DNA of 64,000 bases, from contig OZ244252.1 of NCBI GenBank assembly GCA_965217185.1, forward strand, positions 2,688,001 through 2,752,000, given 5' to 3'. The notes beneath the pieces were generated by a model that was not told the DNA's origin, did not search any database, and worked only from the letters and a program-made list of their open reading frames with translations. A program made the translations under genes and the position numbers. The stretch comes from an uncultured Candidatus Entotheonella sp. (GTDB lineage Bacteria; Tectomicrobia; Entotheonellia; Entotheonellales; Entotheonellaceae). Of this stretch, positions 31,919-42,836 are shown piece by piece. The first letter of the stretch is position 1. Each line of letters opens with the position of its first letter.

Positions 31919-33592
31919 ATGTCCGAACCTGCTGTCTTCAATCTGATCAACGCCGCTTGACTGCCCGTCCGCCGCCGCAGCGGTGCCCTTGAGCATATTC
32001 AGCCTTGGCGTGTTACCGACGGAATTGCAGAGGACCCGTTTGTGGCCTTTGCTTGGCCGCGGCCTGATTTCAACGGCGCGGCGCATGAGTTTTTGATCGG
32101 TCTGCTGTCCACAGCCGCTGCACCAAGGGATGACGAGGAATGGGAGGATTGGTGGCAGAGTCCGCCGGCGCCGGAGACTCTTGAGGAGCGATTTGCGCGA
32201 ATCGCTCACGCCTTCGATCTGGACGGCCCCGGCCCACGATTTCTGCAGGACCTTGACCCGCTGGAAAGTGCAGAGGAGAAGGAGATTGCAGCGCTTCTGA
32301 TTGACGCCCCAGGCGCACAGACATTGCGTCACAACGCCGACCTTTTTGTTAAGCGAGGCGGCGTGCTGGTTCTGAGCCGTGCCGCAGCAGCGATGGCCCT
32401 ATTTACCTTGAATGCTTACGCTCCGTCCGGTGGTGCCGGCCACCGCACATCGTTGCGCGGAGGTGGCCCGATGACGACTTTGATCGTCAATGACCACGCG
32501 GCGTACGGTGCAACGCTCTGGGGCCGGATTTGGCCCAACATTGAGAGCAAAAGGCAGATCAGTAGGCGCGTCGTCGAGGCGAAGGACCCCGACGACCTCG
32601 GGTCGATCTTTCCCTGGTTCGTTCCCACGCGGACATCCAATTCCAAGGAAGGCGGCAGATTGACGACGCCGTCGGATGTTCACCCCCTTCAGGTCTACTG
32701 GGGCATGCCTCGGCGCATTCGGCTCCTGTTTGAAACCGCACGGGGCCGACCTTGCTCTCTCATTGATTCCCAGGATTCCGTCGTCGTGACGTCGTACCGC
32801 ACCAGAAACTACGGCATGAACTACTCGGAAGGGTTTGAGCACCCACTGTCGCCGTATTACCAGCAGAAGGCGGGGACTGCGAAATTGCCTGTTCATCCCA
32901 GACCTGGTGGCATCAGTTACCGCCTTTGGCCCGGCCTTGTTGTTCCGAGCGGTGACAAGCTTCGGGATCCCGCCCAAGTGCTCCGCCAATGGCCAGAGCG
33001 CGCCACGCGGAGGGTACAAACGCGATTCACCGCGTTTGGCTATGACATGGACAACATGAAGGCACGTGGGTGGCTTGAAAGCGAGATACCTCTCTGGGTT
33101 CTGCCCGACGTGTCGTCACAGGAATGGCTTGAGAAATTTATCGTGCACGCGACGGCGGGCGCCGACGGAGTCTGCCGGCTGCTCACCGGTGCCGTTAAAT
33201 CGGCTCTTTGTAACCGACCTTCCGACGCGAAAGGCAATTACGGCTTCATAGCTGAGCGGTTCTACCGCGAGACGGAAGGGGCATTTTACGCGGCGATGAG
33301 GGATACGGTGACGTCAATCCAAAACGACCCGGATGTCGATGATCCCACAATCAGTGTGCGTGAAAACTGGGCGCCGGCCATGGCCACAGCGGCGCTACGC
33401 TTATTCGACGAATATGCGCCGGCAGATGGATTAGAGGACCGAGACATGCACCGCCATGTCAAAGCGCGGTTCTTCCTGGTACTAGCTTTGGGCGGGCGTG
33501 GCAAGTCCGGACGTACTCTGTTCGAGCGCGACCTCGGCATCGCCTCGCCAGAACCTGCGAGGGCGGGCAAGATCAAGAGGGGGAATGAATGA
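31919..33592 (+). pseudogene. cas8e: Cas8e (CasA/Cse1) with in-frame TGA at codon 14
   Basis: ATG 31919 reads MSEPAVFNLINAA*LPVRRRSG in frame with ORF 32042..33592 (PRFLQD, DAPG, GHRTSLRGGGP, YWGMPRRI, FEHPLSPY); TGA 31958-31960 replaces the Trp of the FNL...WLPV motif. Confidence 0.9.
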
Positions 33593-34113
33593 CGGAGTTG
33601 TCACAGTGGAACGGCAACGCCATTGCCGAGGCATGGTGGCGTGAGCTCACGTCACACGACACAGGGGGGCGCGCAACTCGAGGGGCTCGACGAGCGGCGC
33701 TGGCTGGCCTGCGTCGCGCTGGCACGCCGCTTGAGGTCATCCAGGAACCCGAAGCACTCCGACTGACTACAAGGCTTCCCCACGAGAACCCAGACCGGGT
33801 AGCCGCCCTCGCCGGCATTCTGGCGTTTGTCCGAGAATCCGATGATCGTCGAGTTGCCCGCGCTATCGGTCGGACTTCGCTTGATGATGGCGAGTCGGCC
33901 GTCATGTCCGAGAGTCGTTTCCGCCGTTTGATGCAAGTTTCGGGGGATGAGTTAATGGGGGCAATGCGCCGTTTGGTCCGTCTGAGCAAGGGAAAAGCCA
34001 ATGTGGGTGATTTGTCTTTTGCCGTTCTGCGCTGGGGCGACGGCGTGAAGAAACGCTGGATATTCGAGTATTACGGTGTTCACGAGGCCGAACCGTCACG
34101 ACAGGCTCCGTAA
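33589..34113 (+). CDS. cas11: Cas11 (CasB/Cse2)
   Basis: WWREL, AGLRRA, MSESRFRRL, KKRWIFEYY; position in I-E operon. Confidence 0.92.
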   Translation: MTELSQWNGNAIAEAWWRELTSHDTGGRATRGARRAALAGLRRAGTPLEVIQEPEALRLTTRLPHENPDRVAALAGILAFVRESDDRRVARAIGRTSLDDGESAVMSESRFRRLMQVSGDELMGAMRRLVRLSKGKANVGDLSFAVLRWGDGVKKRWIFEYYGVHEAEPSRQAP

Positions 34114-34159
34114 ATCCCTCCGCCACTTCGCCAATAACCCGACGAAAGGAGCCGGTTAC

Positions 34160-35212
34160 ATGGCTGATTTCCTGCAACTACACCTGCTAACGGCCTACGG
34201 CCCGTCGAATCTCAACCGCGACGATACCGGCCGACCCAAAAGCGTCGTATTCGGCGGTGTGCCTCGTTTGCGTGTGTCGTCGCAAAGTTTGAAACGCGCT
34301 TGGCGCACGTCGGAGATTTTTGCATCCAGGCTTGACGGACATCTTGCGAGCCGTACCCAACGGCTCGGCAAGGACGTGTACGGTCATCTGATCAACAACG
34401 GAGTGCCTGAAGACCAAGCTCTTACCACCGCACGCACGATTGCAGGCATCTTCGGTAAGGTTCGCAAAGAAGGCGATAACGAACCTACCTTTATCGAGCA
34501 ACTTGCTTTTGTCTCGCCCGAGGAGCGGAGCAAAGCGTTTGAACTCGCCGACCGTACCTTGGCTGGGGAAAATGTCGATGGGCTGAAGGCTGACGAACTG
34601 CTTCAGAAGGTGGACACGGCCGCGGATATCGCCATGTTCGGTCGAATGCTGGCTGACGACCCAAAATTCAACCGGGAGGCTGCGGTGCAAGTTGCGCATG
34701 CCGTCACGACACACCGCGCCATCGCCGAGGACGATTACTACACCGCCGTCGACGACCTGAAATCTCGGGATGAACCGGACGACGCCGGAGCCGGCTTTGT
34801 CGGCGTCCAGGAATTCGGGGCGGGGGTTTTCTATCTCTACGTCTGCATCAACCGAGACTTGCTGTCCCAGAATCTCGACCGGAATCGTGCTGTCCGTGAC
34901 GCCAGCCTGGCAGCCCTCTGCGAGGCCGCCTCGACTGTCGCGCCGGGAGGCAAACAGGCGAGTTTCGCGAGCCGTGCCCGTGCCATCTATGTACTCGGGG
35001 AAAAAGGATCGGCTCAGCCCCGAAGTCTTGCGGCCGCTTTCTTGAAACCGGTTACAGGCGACGATCAAGGCAGACATTCTATTGAGAGGCTGGAGAACTT
35101 TCGTGACCGGCTCGACGCAGCCTATGGGCCGTGCGCCGATGAACGCTGCGCAATGAACGTTGCAGCGGGTGAGGGAACATTGCGGGACCTGATCACTTTT
35201 TCCACGAGTTGA
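34160..35212 (+). CDS. cas7: Cas7 (CasC/Cse4)
   Basis: SNLNRDDTGRPK, RVSSQSLKRAWR, DIAMFGRMLA, DYYTAVDD. Confidence 0.97.
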   Translation: MADFLQLHLLTAYGPSNLNRDDTGRPKSVVFGGVPRLRVSSQSLKRAWRTSEIFASRLDGHLASRTQRLGKDVYGHLINNGVPEDQALTTARTIAGIFGKVRKEGDNEPTFIEQLAFVSPEERSKAFELADRTLAGENVDGLKADELLQKVDTAADIAMFGRMLADDPKFNREAAVQVAHAVTTHRAIAEDDYYTAVDDLKSRDEPDDAGAGFVGVQEFGAGVFYLYVCINRDLLSQNLDRNRAVRDASLAALCEAASTVAPGGKQASFASRARAIYVLGEKGSAQPRSLAAAFLKPVTGDDQGRHSIERLENFRDRLDAAYGPCADERCAMNVAAGEGTLRDLITFSTS

Positions 35213-35216
35213 CGCC

Positions 35217-35948
35217 ATGCGCTTCCTGTTGTTCACCCTTTACGCTCCGATGGGATCGTTCGGTGAGATTGCCGTCGGCGAACGCCGCATGAGTTGGGCC
35301 CGGCCCGGGCGCTCCGCCGTTCTCGGGCTGGTCGCAGCCGCGCAGGGAATCGAGCGCACGGACGAGGCCGCCCACCGCAAGCTTGAAACGGGTCTTTTTT
35401 ACGCCGTCAGAACGGACGCGCCGGGTCGGCCGCTCATTGATTATCACACCGCTCAGACGCCAAAGGCCCGCAGGGGCCGCACTTTCGCAACGCGGCGGCA
35501 AGAGTTGGAGGCGGACGATCTCAATACCGTGCTTTCCAGTCGGGAATGGCGGGTGGATGCCTGCTTTACCGTGGCTCTGTGGCCGCGCCTTGGCGAGGCT
35601 GTTGACCTCAACGAGATGGCTGGCGCCTTGCAGCATCCGCGCTTCACGCTCTACGTCGGACGCAAGTCGGCGCCGCTGGGTTTGCCCCTCAACCCCGAGA
35701 TTATTGACGCCGAGACCTTCATGGCTGCCTTTCACGCTCGGCAACCGAACGACGAGGAACGAAAGGTTTTGCAGAGCATTCACGTCGCCGGCATGGCAAG
35801 AGGGGAGATCGCTTTCGACCACGACGCGCCCGGCGCCCCTGCGAGCGTGCGTATCGAACGCCGGCGTGATGCGCCGCTCAGCCGCGCCCGCTGGCAATTC
35901 GCGGACCGATTGGAGGCCATCGTCATGCCTGAAAGCGGCCAGGAATGA
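35217..35948 (+). CDS. cas5: Cas5 (CasD)
   Basis: LYAPMGSFG, SAVLGLVAAAQG, DYHTAQ, LYVGRKS. Confidence 0.96.
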   Translation: MRFLLFTLYAPMGSFGEIAVGERRMSWARPGRSAVLGLVAAAQGIERTDEAAHRKLETGLFYAVRTDAPGRPLIDYHTAQTPKARRGRTFATRRQELEADDLNTVLSSREWRVDACFTVALWPRLGEAVDLNEMAGALQHPRFTLYVGRKSAPLGLPLNPEIIDAETFMAAFHARQPNDEERKVLQSIHVAGMARGEIAFDHDAPGAPASVRIERRRDAPLSRARWQFADRLEAIVMPESGQE

Positions 35949-36634
35949 CAACGGAACTCCATTTCTCCCGTGCCCGACTGCGGCGCGACGCCACAGTGCA
36001 GGCGTTATTACCGCTGTTGCAGAGCGGGAATAACGGGAGCCACCATCCGGGCCATCACCTCGTCTGGTCGCTCTTTGCCGACGCTCCTGACCGTCGCCGT
36101 GATTTCCTGTGGCGCGAGATGGAGTCGGGCACCTTCCTGATTCTGTCGGCCCGTCGGCCGGTGGATCATCACCCATTGTTCGATATCGACGCACCAAAAC
36201 CGTTCGCGCCAGTACTTGAGGCGGGAGACCGGCTGCAATTCTCGCTGCGAGCCAATCCGGTAGTTCGCCGTTACGACCCTCGGAGGGGTCGTTCCGTCAA
36301 GCACGACGTGGTGATGGACGCCCTGCGTTCACACCCCGGCGGCGAGCGCACCGATCACCGCTTTGCTGTTATGCGTGAACGGGGCTTTGCATGGCTTGAA
36401 CGGCAAGCCGAAAGAGCCGGTTTCACCGTTCGGACGGACGGAGTGCGCGTGGACGGTTATGAGCAACATCGCGTCACGCGCAAAGGGCCAGCGCCCGCCA
36501 TGTCATTTTCAACGCTGGAGTTCGACGGCTTGCTGACGGTAAACGATCCCGACGTTTTCCTGGCAGCCGTCGCGGACGGCTTTGGTGCAGCCAAAGCTTA
36601 CGGCTGTGGCCTGATGCTCATTCGCCGCGCCTGA
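35945..36634 (+). CDS. cas6e: Cas6e (CasE/Cse3)
   Basis: HHLVWSLF, FSLRANPV, G-rich loop GFGAAKAYGCGLM. Confidence 0.96.
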   Translation: MTTELHFSRARLRRDATVQALLPLLQSGNNGSHHPGHHLVWSLFADAPDRRRDFLWREMESGTFLILSARRPVDHHPLFDIDAPKPFAPVLEAGDRLQFSLRANPVVRRYDPRRGRSVKHDVVMDALRSHPGGERTDHRFAVMRERGFAWLERQAERAGFTVRTDGVRVDGYEQHRVTRKGPAPAMSFSTLEFDGLLTVNDPDVFLAAVADGFGAAKAYGCGLMLIRRA

Positions 36635-36683
36635 CAGACGAATTGGCGCATGACTTTCTCTTCACTTGGAGGTCCTGACCTTC

Positions 36684-37914
<1,231 letters not shown>

Positions 37915-38027
37915 CCGGCGGATAAGCAAGTTTGGAACCCCTCATCAACGTGCAAAACGTAAGAAGAAAAGCTGGTACACATTTGTTGATCTCGAAAGTC
38001 TTTATTTTTTAGTATCTTGTGAGAAGA
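37915..38027 (+). promoter_or_regulatory. CRISPR leader
   Basis: AT-rich non-coding stretch between cas2 and first repeat, with T-tract TTTATTTTTT. Confidence 0.85.
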
Positions 38028-38239
38028 GTGTTCCCCGCACAGGCGGGGATGAACCGTAGCGGTTCATGCCAATAGGCCCAAGCGCAACGTGTTCCCCGCA
38101 CAGGCGGGGATGAACCGTGGCTGCGCTCTCGGCAGGCAGTAGATGGCGAGTGTTCCCCGCACAGGCGGGGATGAACCGTCGTTGCACGGGCTGAACGACG
38201 CCAGCTTGCCGTGTTCCCCGCACAGGCGGGGATGAACCG
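38028..38239 (+). CRISPR. Type I-E CRISPR array, 4 identical 29-bp repeats, 3 complete 32-bp spacers
   Basis: GTGTTCCCCGCACAGGCGGGGATGAACCG at 38028, 38089, 38150, 38211 (61-bp period). Confidence 0.99.
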
Positions 38240-38836
38240 TCCCGAGACCAGTTGTCCATATTGTGCGAGGACGAGGTCGCCGAAGAAATGATCCTCGGTG
38301 TTCTGGACGTGCTGAACACCCGCATGGGCCTCCGGCATGAGGACTTCGTTATCGGCAGGAACACCGGGCAGGCGGAGTTTCCGGGCCACATTCGCATGCT
38401 TGGCAAGTTCGGCAAGCTTGAGAGTTTCCTCTTGGTGCTCGACGGGGACGCGCGGGACATGGAAACGCCTATCAAGCGCGCGGCGGACGAGTATGGGCGC
38501 AGCGTGCAACCGTTGTTCCTGCCGGGTAACGAGCCGCCAGAAGGCTGGATATGTCAAACGCTGGGGCGTCGGAGAGACGTGTACGCGCCGCTGCTAGGCC
38601 TGTCGCCACCGGACATGGACCGGAGAATGCGCGACATTGATCAGATGATGGCAGGCATGGTTCGGCAAGGCGATCACTCAAAGGCCGCGCTCGAGGCATT
38701 CGCCGCGGAGTTGAGTCAAACCGTCCCTGGAATTGCCAGAATCGCCGGGCGTCGGGAAACCCAGGACAGCCAGCCCGAGCTTGCCGAGTTCCTCGTCCCA
38801 CTGGGAGAACAGATCAACGCCTGGCGACAATTCTGA
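38240..38836 (+). pseudogene. 5'-truncated gene, probably the TOPRIM-like C-terminal part of an ATP-dependent (AAA/OLD-type) nuclease
   Basis: Open frame from first base after repeat 4: SRDQLSILCEDEVAE...LLVLDGDAR...FLPGNEPPEGWI (ED, DGD and LPG..PE motifs); no ATPase domain or RBS. Confidence 0.6.
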
Positions 38837-38972
38837 CAGTTACGCTCCTGGACATTGACGTTAAACCTTTCCCCTCGCGCTGTTGTTGCCATGTCTGGAG
38901 GGTGCTACCATGCCGCCCTCAGTGCCCATTTACTCCGCAAATCAACCCTGTCAAAAAGATCATGGAGGCACT

Positions 38973-39284
38973 ATGGCGGACTACGTTTATCTCGTGCAGA
39001 TGGATATTCCGGCGGAGATGGAGGACGAGTTCAACCGGGTGTACGACGAGGAGCACGTGCCCAATATCCTGAAGGCGCCGGGGGTGCACGGCTGCGACCG
39101 GTATCGGCTGGAGTCGAGCAATGCCGAGGGGATGGCCAGGTATGCCGCCGTTTACCACATCGACTCGCCGCAGACGCCGAGCAGCGACGCCTGGCTGGCC
39201 GAGTCGGAGAAGGGCGAGTGGCCGACGAAGATCCGGCCACACACGAGCAACCGGTCACACAGCATCTTCAAGCGTATCGGGTAG
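38973..39284 (+). CDS. EthD/DUF4286-like dimeric alpha-beta barrel protein
   Basis: RBS GGAGG; EDEFNRVYDEEHVPNILKAPGV..RY. Confidence 0.82.
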   Translation: MADYVYLVQMDIPAEMEDEFNRVYDEEHVPNILKAPGVHGCDRYRLESSNAEGMARYAAVYHIDSPQTPSSDAWLAESEKGEWPTKIRPHTSNRSHSIFKRIG

Positions 39285-39290
39285 CGTCTG

Positions 39291-40148
39291 CTATGGCGCC
39301 AGCGCGGTGAGCATCGCTTTGGCGCTGGCGAGGTCGCCTTGGGGATGGACGGGTTGGAGGCAAACCTGCGTGGCGCCGGCGTCGAAGTGCTCGCGGACGC
39401 GGGCACGGATGGCAGCCTCGCCGCCCCACACAACCATGGCGTTGAGGAAGCGGGCGTTGCCGCCGTCCTCCAGGTCCGACTCGCTGAAGCCGAGGCGCCG
39501 CCAGTTGTTATAGTAGTTGGGCAGCCCCATGTAGCGTGACAGTTCCGTGCGTGCCAGTTCCAGCGCCTTGGCGGGATCGCTCTCCAGGCAGAATTTCTGT
39601 TCCACGGCCAGCCATTTGTCGGGACCGAGAATCGAGCGCGCCTGTGCGGTGTGCTCGGGCGTCACGCTGTAGGGAATGGCGCCTTGGGTCAGTTCGGCAG
39701 CCAGTTCCAGCATGCGCGGCCCCAGCGCCGCGATAACCACCGGCCACGTATCGGCGTCGGGCTGCTCGGCGCGCATCTGTTCGAGGTAGTGGCGCATGGC
39801 GGCCAGCGGTTTGCCGTACGTGTGGCCGCGGAAGCGCTCCACCAGCGGCACGTGCGAAACGCCCAGACCCAGCACGTAGCGGTCATTCGAGACGCGCCCC
39901 AGTGTTTGCAGCCCGTTGCGCGAGGCCACGGCGTCGCGGGCATAGATGTTGGCAATCGAGCTGCCGATTTTCAGCCGCTGCGTATTGGCCAGCAGAAAGC
40001 TCCCGAACGCCATGGACTCGAACCCCATCGCCTCGGAATACCACTGCGTATCGTAGCCCAGCCGCTCCACCGTCGTTACGAAGTCGATCCACTGCGCCGG
40101 TTCCAGCTTGTCGGCGCCGTACCAAACACCCAGCGATCCAGCTTGCAT
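39291..40148 (-). CDS. LLM-class, probably F420-dependent oxidoreductase
   Basis: IANIYARD, LGLGVSH, AALGPRMLELA, HFDAGATQV. Confidence 0.9.
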   Translation of the reverse strand: MQAGSLGVWYGADKLEPAQWIDFVTTVERLGYDTQWYSEAMGFESMAFGSFLLANTQRLKIGSSIANIYARDAVASRNGLQTLGRVSNDRYVLGLGVSHVPLVERFRGHTYGKPLAAMRHYLEQMRAEQPDADTWPVVIAALGPRMLELAAELTQGAIPYSVTPEHTAQARSILGPDKWLAVEQKFCLESDPAKALELARTELSRYMGLPNYYNNWRRLGFSESDLEDGGNARFLNAMVVWGGEAAIRARVREHFDAGATQVCLQPVHPQGDLASAKAMLTALAP

Positions 40149-40786
40149 TACCCCTCCTCCGGTTCTTCAAATAACTGCCGCAGCGGCAGCACAAACCCCG
40201 GCAGCACCTCAACGCCGGAAAGCTCCTGGTCAATCGTCAAAACGTCATGCCGGTCAGCCGTGTATACGTGGACCTCCTGTGGCTCCGGCAGCACGTACCA
40301 CACGAGCCGCACGCCGGCGGCCAGGAAGTCCTGGAGTTTTCGTTCCATTTCCCGGGTCGTGTTACTCGGACTAATCACCTCTACTGCCAAATCCGGCGCC
40401 AGATCGGCGATCGGCACGCGCGGAACACGACGCCCCGGAAGCTGATTCCACGAGACGAACGAAACGTCGGGGATGCGGACGAGATCCGCTGCCAAACGCA
40501 TCATCCCATCGGCACCCACAACGATGCCCAGGCGATGCCGTTCGACAAACCCGGAGAGAAAATGACCCAGCCGCAAGGCTAGATACGATTCGTAGATGCC
40601 CACCGTTTTCTCCACTAAAACGCCGTCCACCAACTCGCAGAGGCGGGACTCCTGCTCCTCGATATCAATCACGTCCTGTTCGGTGGCGGTGCCCGGCGGC
40701 GGATTCGTACGGATGCGCCCAGCGGGCATCGGGCCAAAGCGTTCCAGCAGATCGGCAACCGTCAAACCCTTAGTCGACACGGCCAT
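40148..40786 (-). CDS. Uma2 family (PD-(D/E)XK) endonuclease
   Basis: ELVDGVLVEK, RIPDVSFV, APDLAVEVISPSN, GVRLVW, VLPGF. Confidence 0.92.
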   Translation of the reverse strand: MAVSTKGLTVADLLERFGPMPAGRIRTNPPPGTATEQDVIDIEEQESRLCELVDGVLVEKTVGIYESYLALRLGHFLSGFVERHRLGIVVGADGMMRLAADLVRIPDVSFVSWNQLPGRRVPRVPIADLAPDLAVEVISPSNTTREMERKLQDFLAAGVRLVWYVLPEPQEVHVYTADRHDVLTIDQELSGVEVLPGFVLPLRQLFEEPEEG

Positions 40787-40790
40787 GGCG

Positions 40791-41543
40791 TCACTCCTTA
40801 ACCTTGTCCTCGTTCCCCGTGTTTGACAGTGCGTTGGCGCGGTGACCGCCTTGCCAGTCCTCCTGTTCCGGGGCATCGCTGAGGGCGCCCAGCAGACGTA
40901 GTTGCGGCACTTCACGCAGGCTGCGTTTGAGTTCGGCAAAGCCGGGAAACCGCGCCAGGGTGACGACCGCGTTCCATAGCGTCACGGCGTCCGCATCGCT
41001 GGGCACGCGCGAGATCACCGGGCCGAAGAACGACAGCCCGTCGGGCGGCTCGAAGGTGATGATGGGGGTGCCGACGTCGCGCCCGGTGCGGCTGAGCGCC
41101 AGTTCGGTCTCGGCCTCAAGCTCCGCGTCCCAGCCGGTGTCGTCGGCCGCAGCGGCGAACGTCGTGGGCAGCCCGGCCGCTGCCAGGGTGTCGCTGATGT
41201 GGGCTGCGGTGCCCAGCCGCTGGCGCATGCCGGAGCCCTTCTCCTGCTCCCAATAGGCTTGGCCGTACGCTGCGTACAACGGCCCCATCGGCTCGCGGCC
41301 CAACTCGGCGCGCACCTTGGCGGCAACCCGCAGCATGCGCAGTCCGGCGCCGTGAAAATGCTCGTAATCGGGCGGGAAGTCGGTGGCGTAGTCCTTGTGC
41401 TTGTTCAGCAGCCGCAGCGAGATGAAACGCCAATCCACCCGATAACCCGTCTGCGCCGCCACCTTCTCCACCCACCGTGAGGTGATCCACGCGAAGGGGC
41501 ACACCGGATCCCAGAAGAACTCGATATCGTAGCCACCACTCAT
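40791..41543 (-). CDS. DsbA/thioredoxin-fold protein (Rv2466c-like thiol-dependent reductase)
   Basis: FFWDPVCPFAWITSRW, DVGTP, FFGPVISR, FAELKRS. Confidence 0.88.
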   Translation of the reverse strand: MSGGYDIEFFWDPVCPFAWITSRWVEKVAAQTGYRVDWRFISLRLLNKHKDYATDFPPDYEHFHGAGLRMLRVAAKVRAELGREPMGPLYAAYGQAYWEQEKGSGMRQRLGTAAHISDTLAAAGLPTTFAAAADDTGWDAELEAETELALSRTGRDVGTPIITFEPPDGLSFFGPVISRVPSDADAVTLWNAVVTLARFPGFAELKRSLREVPQLRLLGALSDAPEQEDWQGGHRANALSNTGNEDKVKE

Positions 41544-41571
41544 TTTTTGGTTCCTAATGTTTTTGGATAAT

Positions 41572-41601
41572 GTAGGTCAGATTAGCGCAGCGTAATCCGA
41601 C
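41572..41601 (+). repeat. GTAG-type REP element, copy 2
   Basis: GTAGGTCAGATTAGCGCAGCGTAATCCGAC. Confidence 0.85.
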
Positions 41602-41762
41602 ATTCCCCGACGCGCCAACCAGCGAGACATTATCACCGCACCCGGCGCCCCGCGCAACGGCCCAGGCGCGTGGCTTTGCCTTGTCTTCCGCCCGGCAATC
41701 GTCGATACTCACCCTTAACCTACGTGGGCATTGAGCGGCACGACAACCAGGGGAGACAGGCA

Positions 41763-42818
41763 ATGGCGGCGAATCTCGATCAACAGAAAATGCGCACCTT
41801 TCGGCACACCTTGGCGGGCATCAACAACGGCGGCATGCTCAACCTGATGCTGAAAATCGGCGACGATCTCGGCCTCTTCGACGCCGCCGCCCAAGGCCCG
41901 GCGACCAGCCAGCAACTCGCCGAGCGCGCCGGCCTGCAGGAACGCTACGTGCGCGAATGGCTCGGCGCCATGGTCACCGGCGGCATCTTCGAGTACGACG
42001 CCGACACCCTCACCTACACCCTGCCGCCCGAACACGCCGGCCTGCTCACCGGCATCGACAACGTCACCGCCTTCGCCCATCGCACCGTGCTGTTTACCAA
42101 ACACGTGCAAGGCGTCACCGAAGCCTTCAAGAACGGCGGCGGCGTGCCGTATACCGCCTTTCGGCCCGATTTCACCACCTTCCAGAACCTCGGCAGTCGC
42201 CGCCGGCACGACCGTTTTCTGCTCAGCAATTACCTGTCGGCAGTGCCCGGCCTCACGGAGCGCCTCAGCCGCGGCCTGCGCGCCTGCGACGTTGGTTGCG
42301 GCACCGGCCACGCCGCCAATCTGATGGCGCAAGCCTTCCCGGCCTCCACGTTCGTCGGCTATGACATCGGCCAGGACGCCATCGAAAGCGCCCGCGGCGA
42401 GGCACAGGAAAACGGCCTGAACAACACCAGCTTCGAGGTGCAGGACGTGCGGCACTTCCCGACGGAGCCGAAGTTCGACCTGATTACCGCTTTCGATGCC
42501 ATCCACGACCAGGTCGATCCCAAGGGCGTGCTGAACCAGATCCGCGCCGCCCTGGCCCCCGACGGCACGTTTCTGATGCTCGACATCAAAGCCTCCAGCA
42601 ATCTCGCCGACAACATCGGCATGTCCGTCGCACCGGCGCTCTACTCGGTCAGCGTCATGCACTGCATGACCGTCTCCCTGGCCCACGACGGCGCCGGGCT
42701 CGGCACCGTGTGGGGCGAGCAGCTGGCCCGCCACATGCTCGCCGAGGCGGGCTTCACCCGCGTCGAGGTGGCCGACCCGCACGACCAGATGAACACTGTC
42801 TACGCCTGCTACCCCTAG
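41763..42818 (+). CDS. Class I SAM-dependent methyltransferase with N-terminal wHTH (Rv2258c-like)
   Basis: LAERAGLQERYVREWL, DVGCGTG, FDAIHD, SVMHCMTVSLA. Confidence 0.92.
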   Translation: MAANLDQQKMRTFRHTLAGINNGGMLNLMLKIGDDLGLFDAAAQGPATSQQLAERAGLQERYVREWLGAMVTGGIFEYDADTLTYTLPPEHAGLLTGIDNVTAFAHRTVLFTKHVQGVTEAFKNGGGVPYTAFRPDFTTFQNLGSRRRHDRFLLSNYLSAVPGLTERLSRGLRACDVGCGTGHAANLMAQAFPASTFVGYDIGQDAIESARGEAQENGLNNTSFEVQDVRHFPTEPKFDLITAFDAIHDQVDPKGVLNQIRAALAPDGTFLMLDIKASSNLADNIGMSVAPALYSVSVMHCMTVSLAHDGAGLGTVWGEQLARHMLAEAGFTRVEVADPHDQMNTVYACYP

Positions 42819-42836
42819 CCCAACCGCCCGACTCGC

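Noticed and set aside
31958..31960. cas8e TGA as selenocysteine or genetic-code reassignment
   Set aside because: The aligned residue is Trp, not Cys; no convincing SECIS; many genes here end in TGA, so the code is standard.
38057..38210. Self-matches of spacers 1-3 within the window
   Set aside because: None found by eye; a full-genome search is still needed.
38002..38557. Minus-strand ORFs across the CRISPR array
   Set aside because: Translations of repeats (RFIPACAGN), a known artefact.
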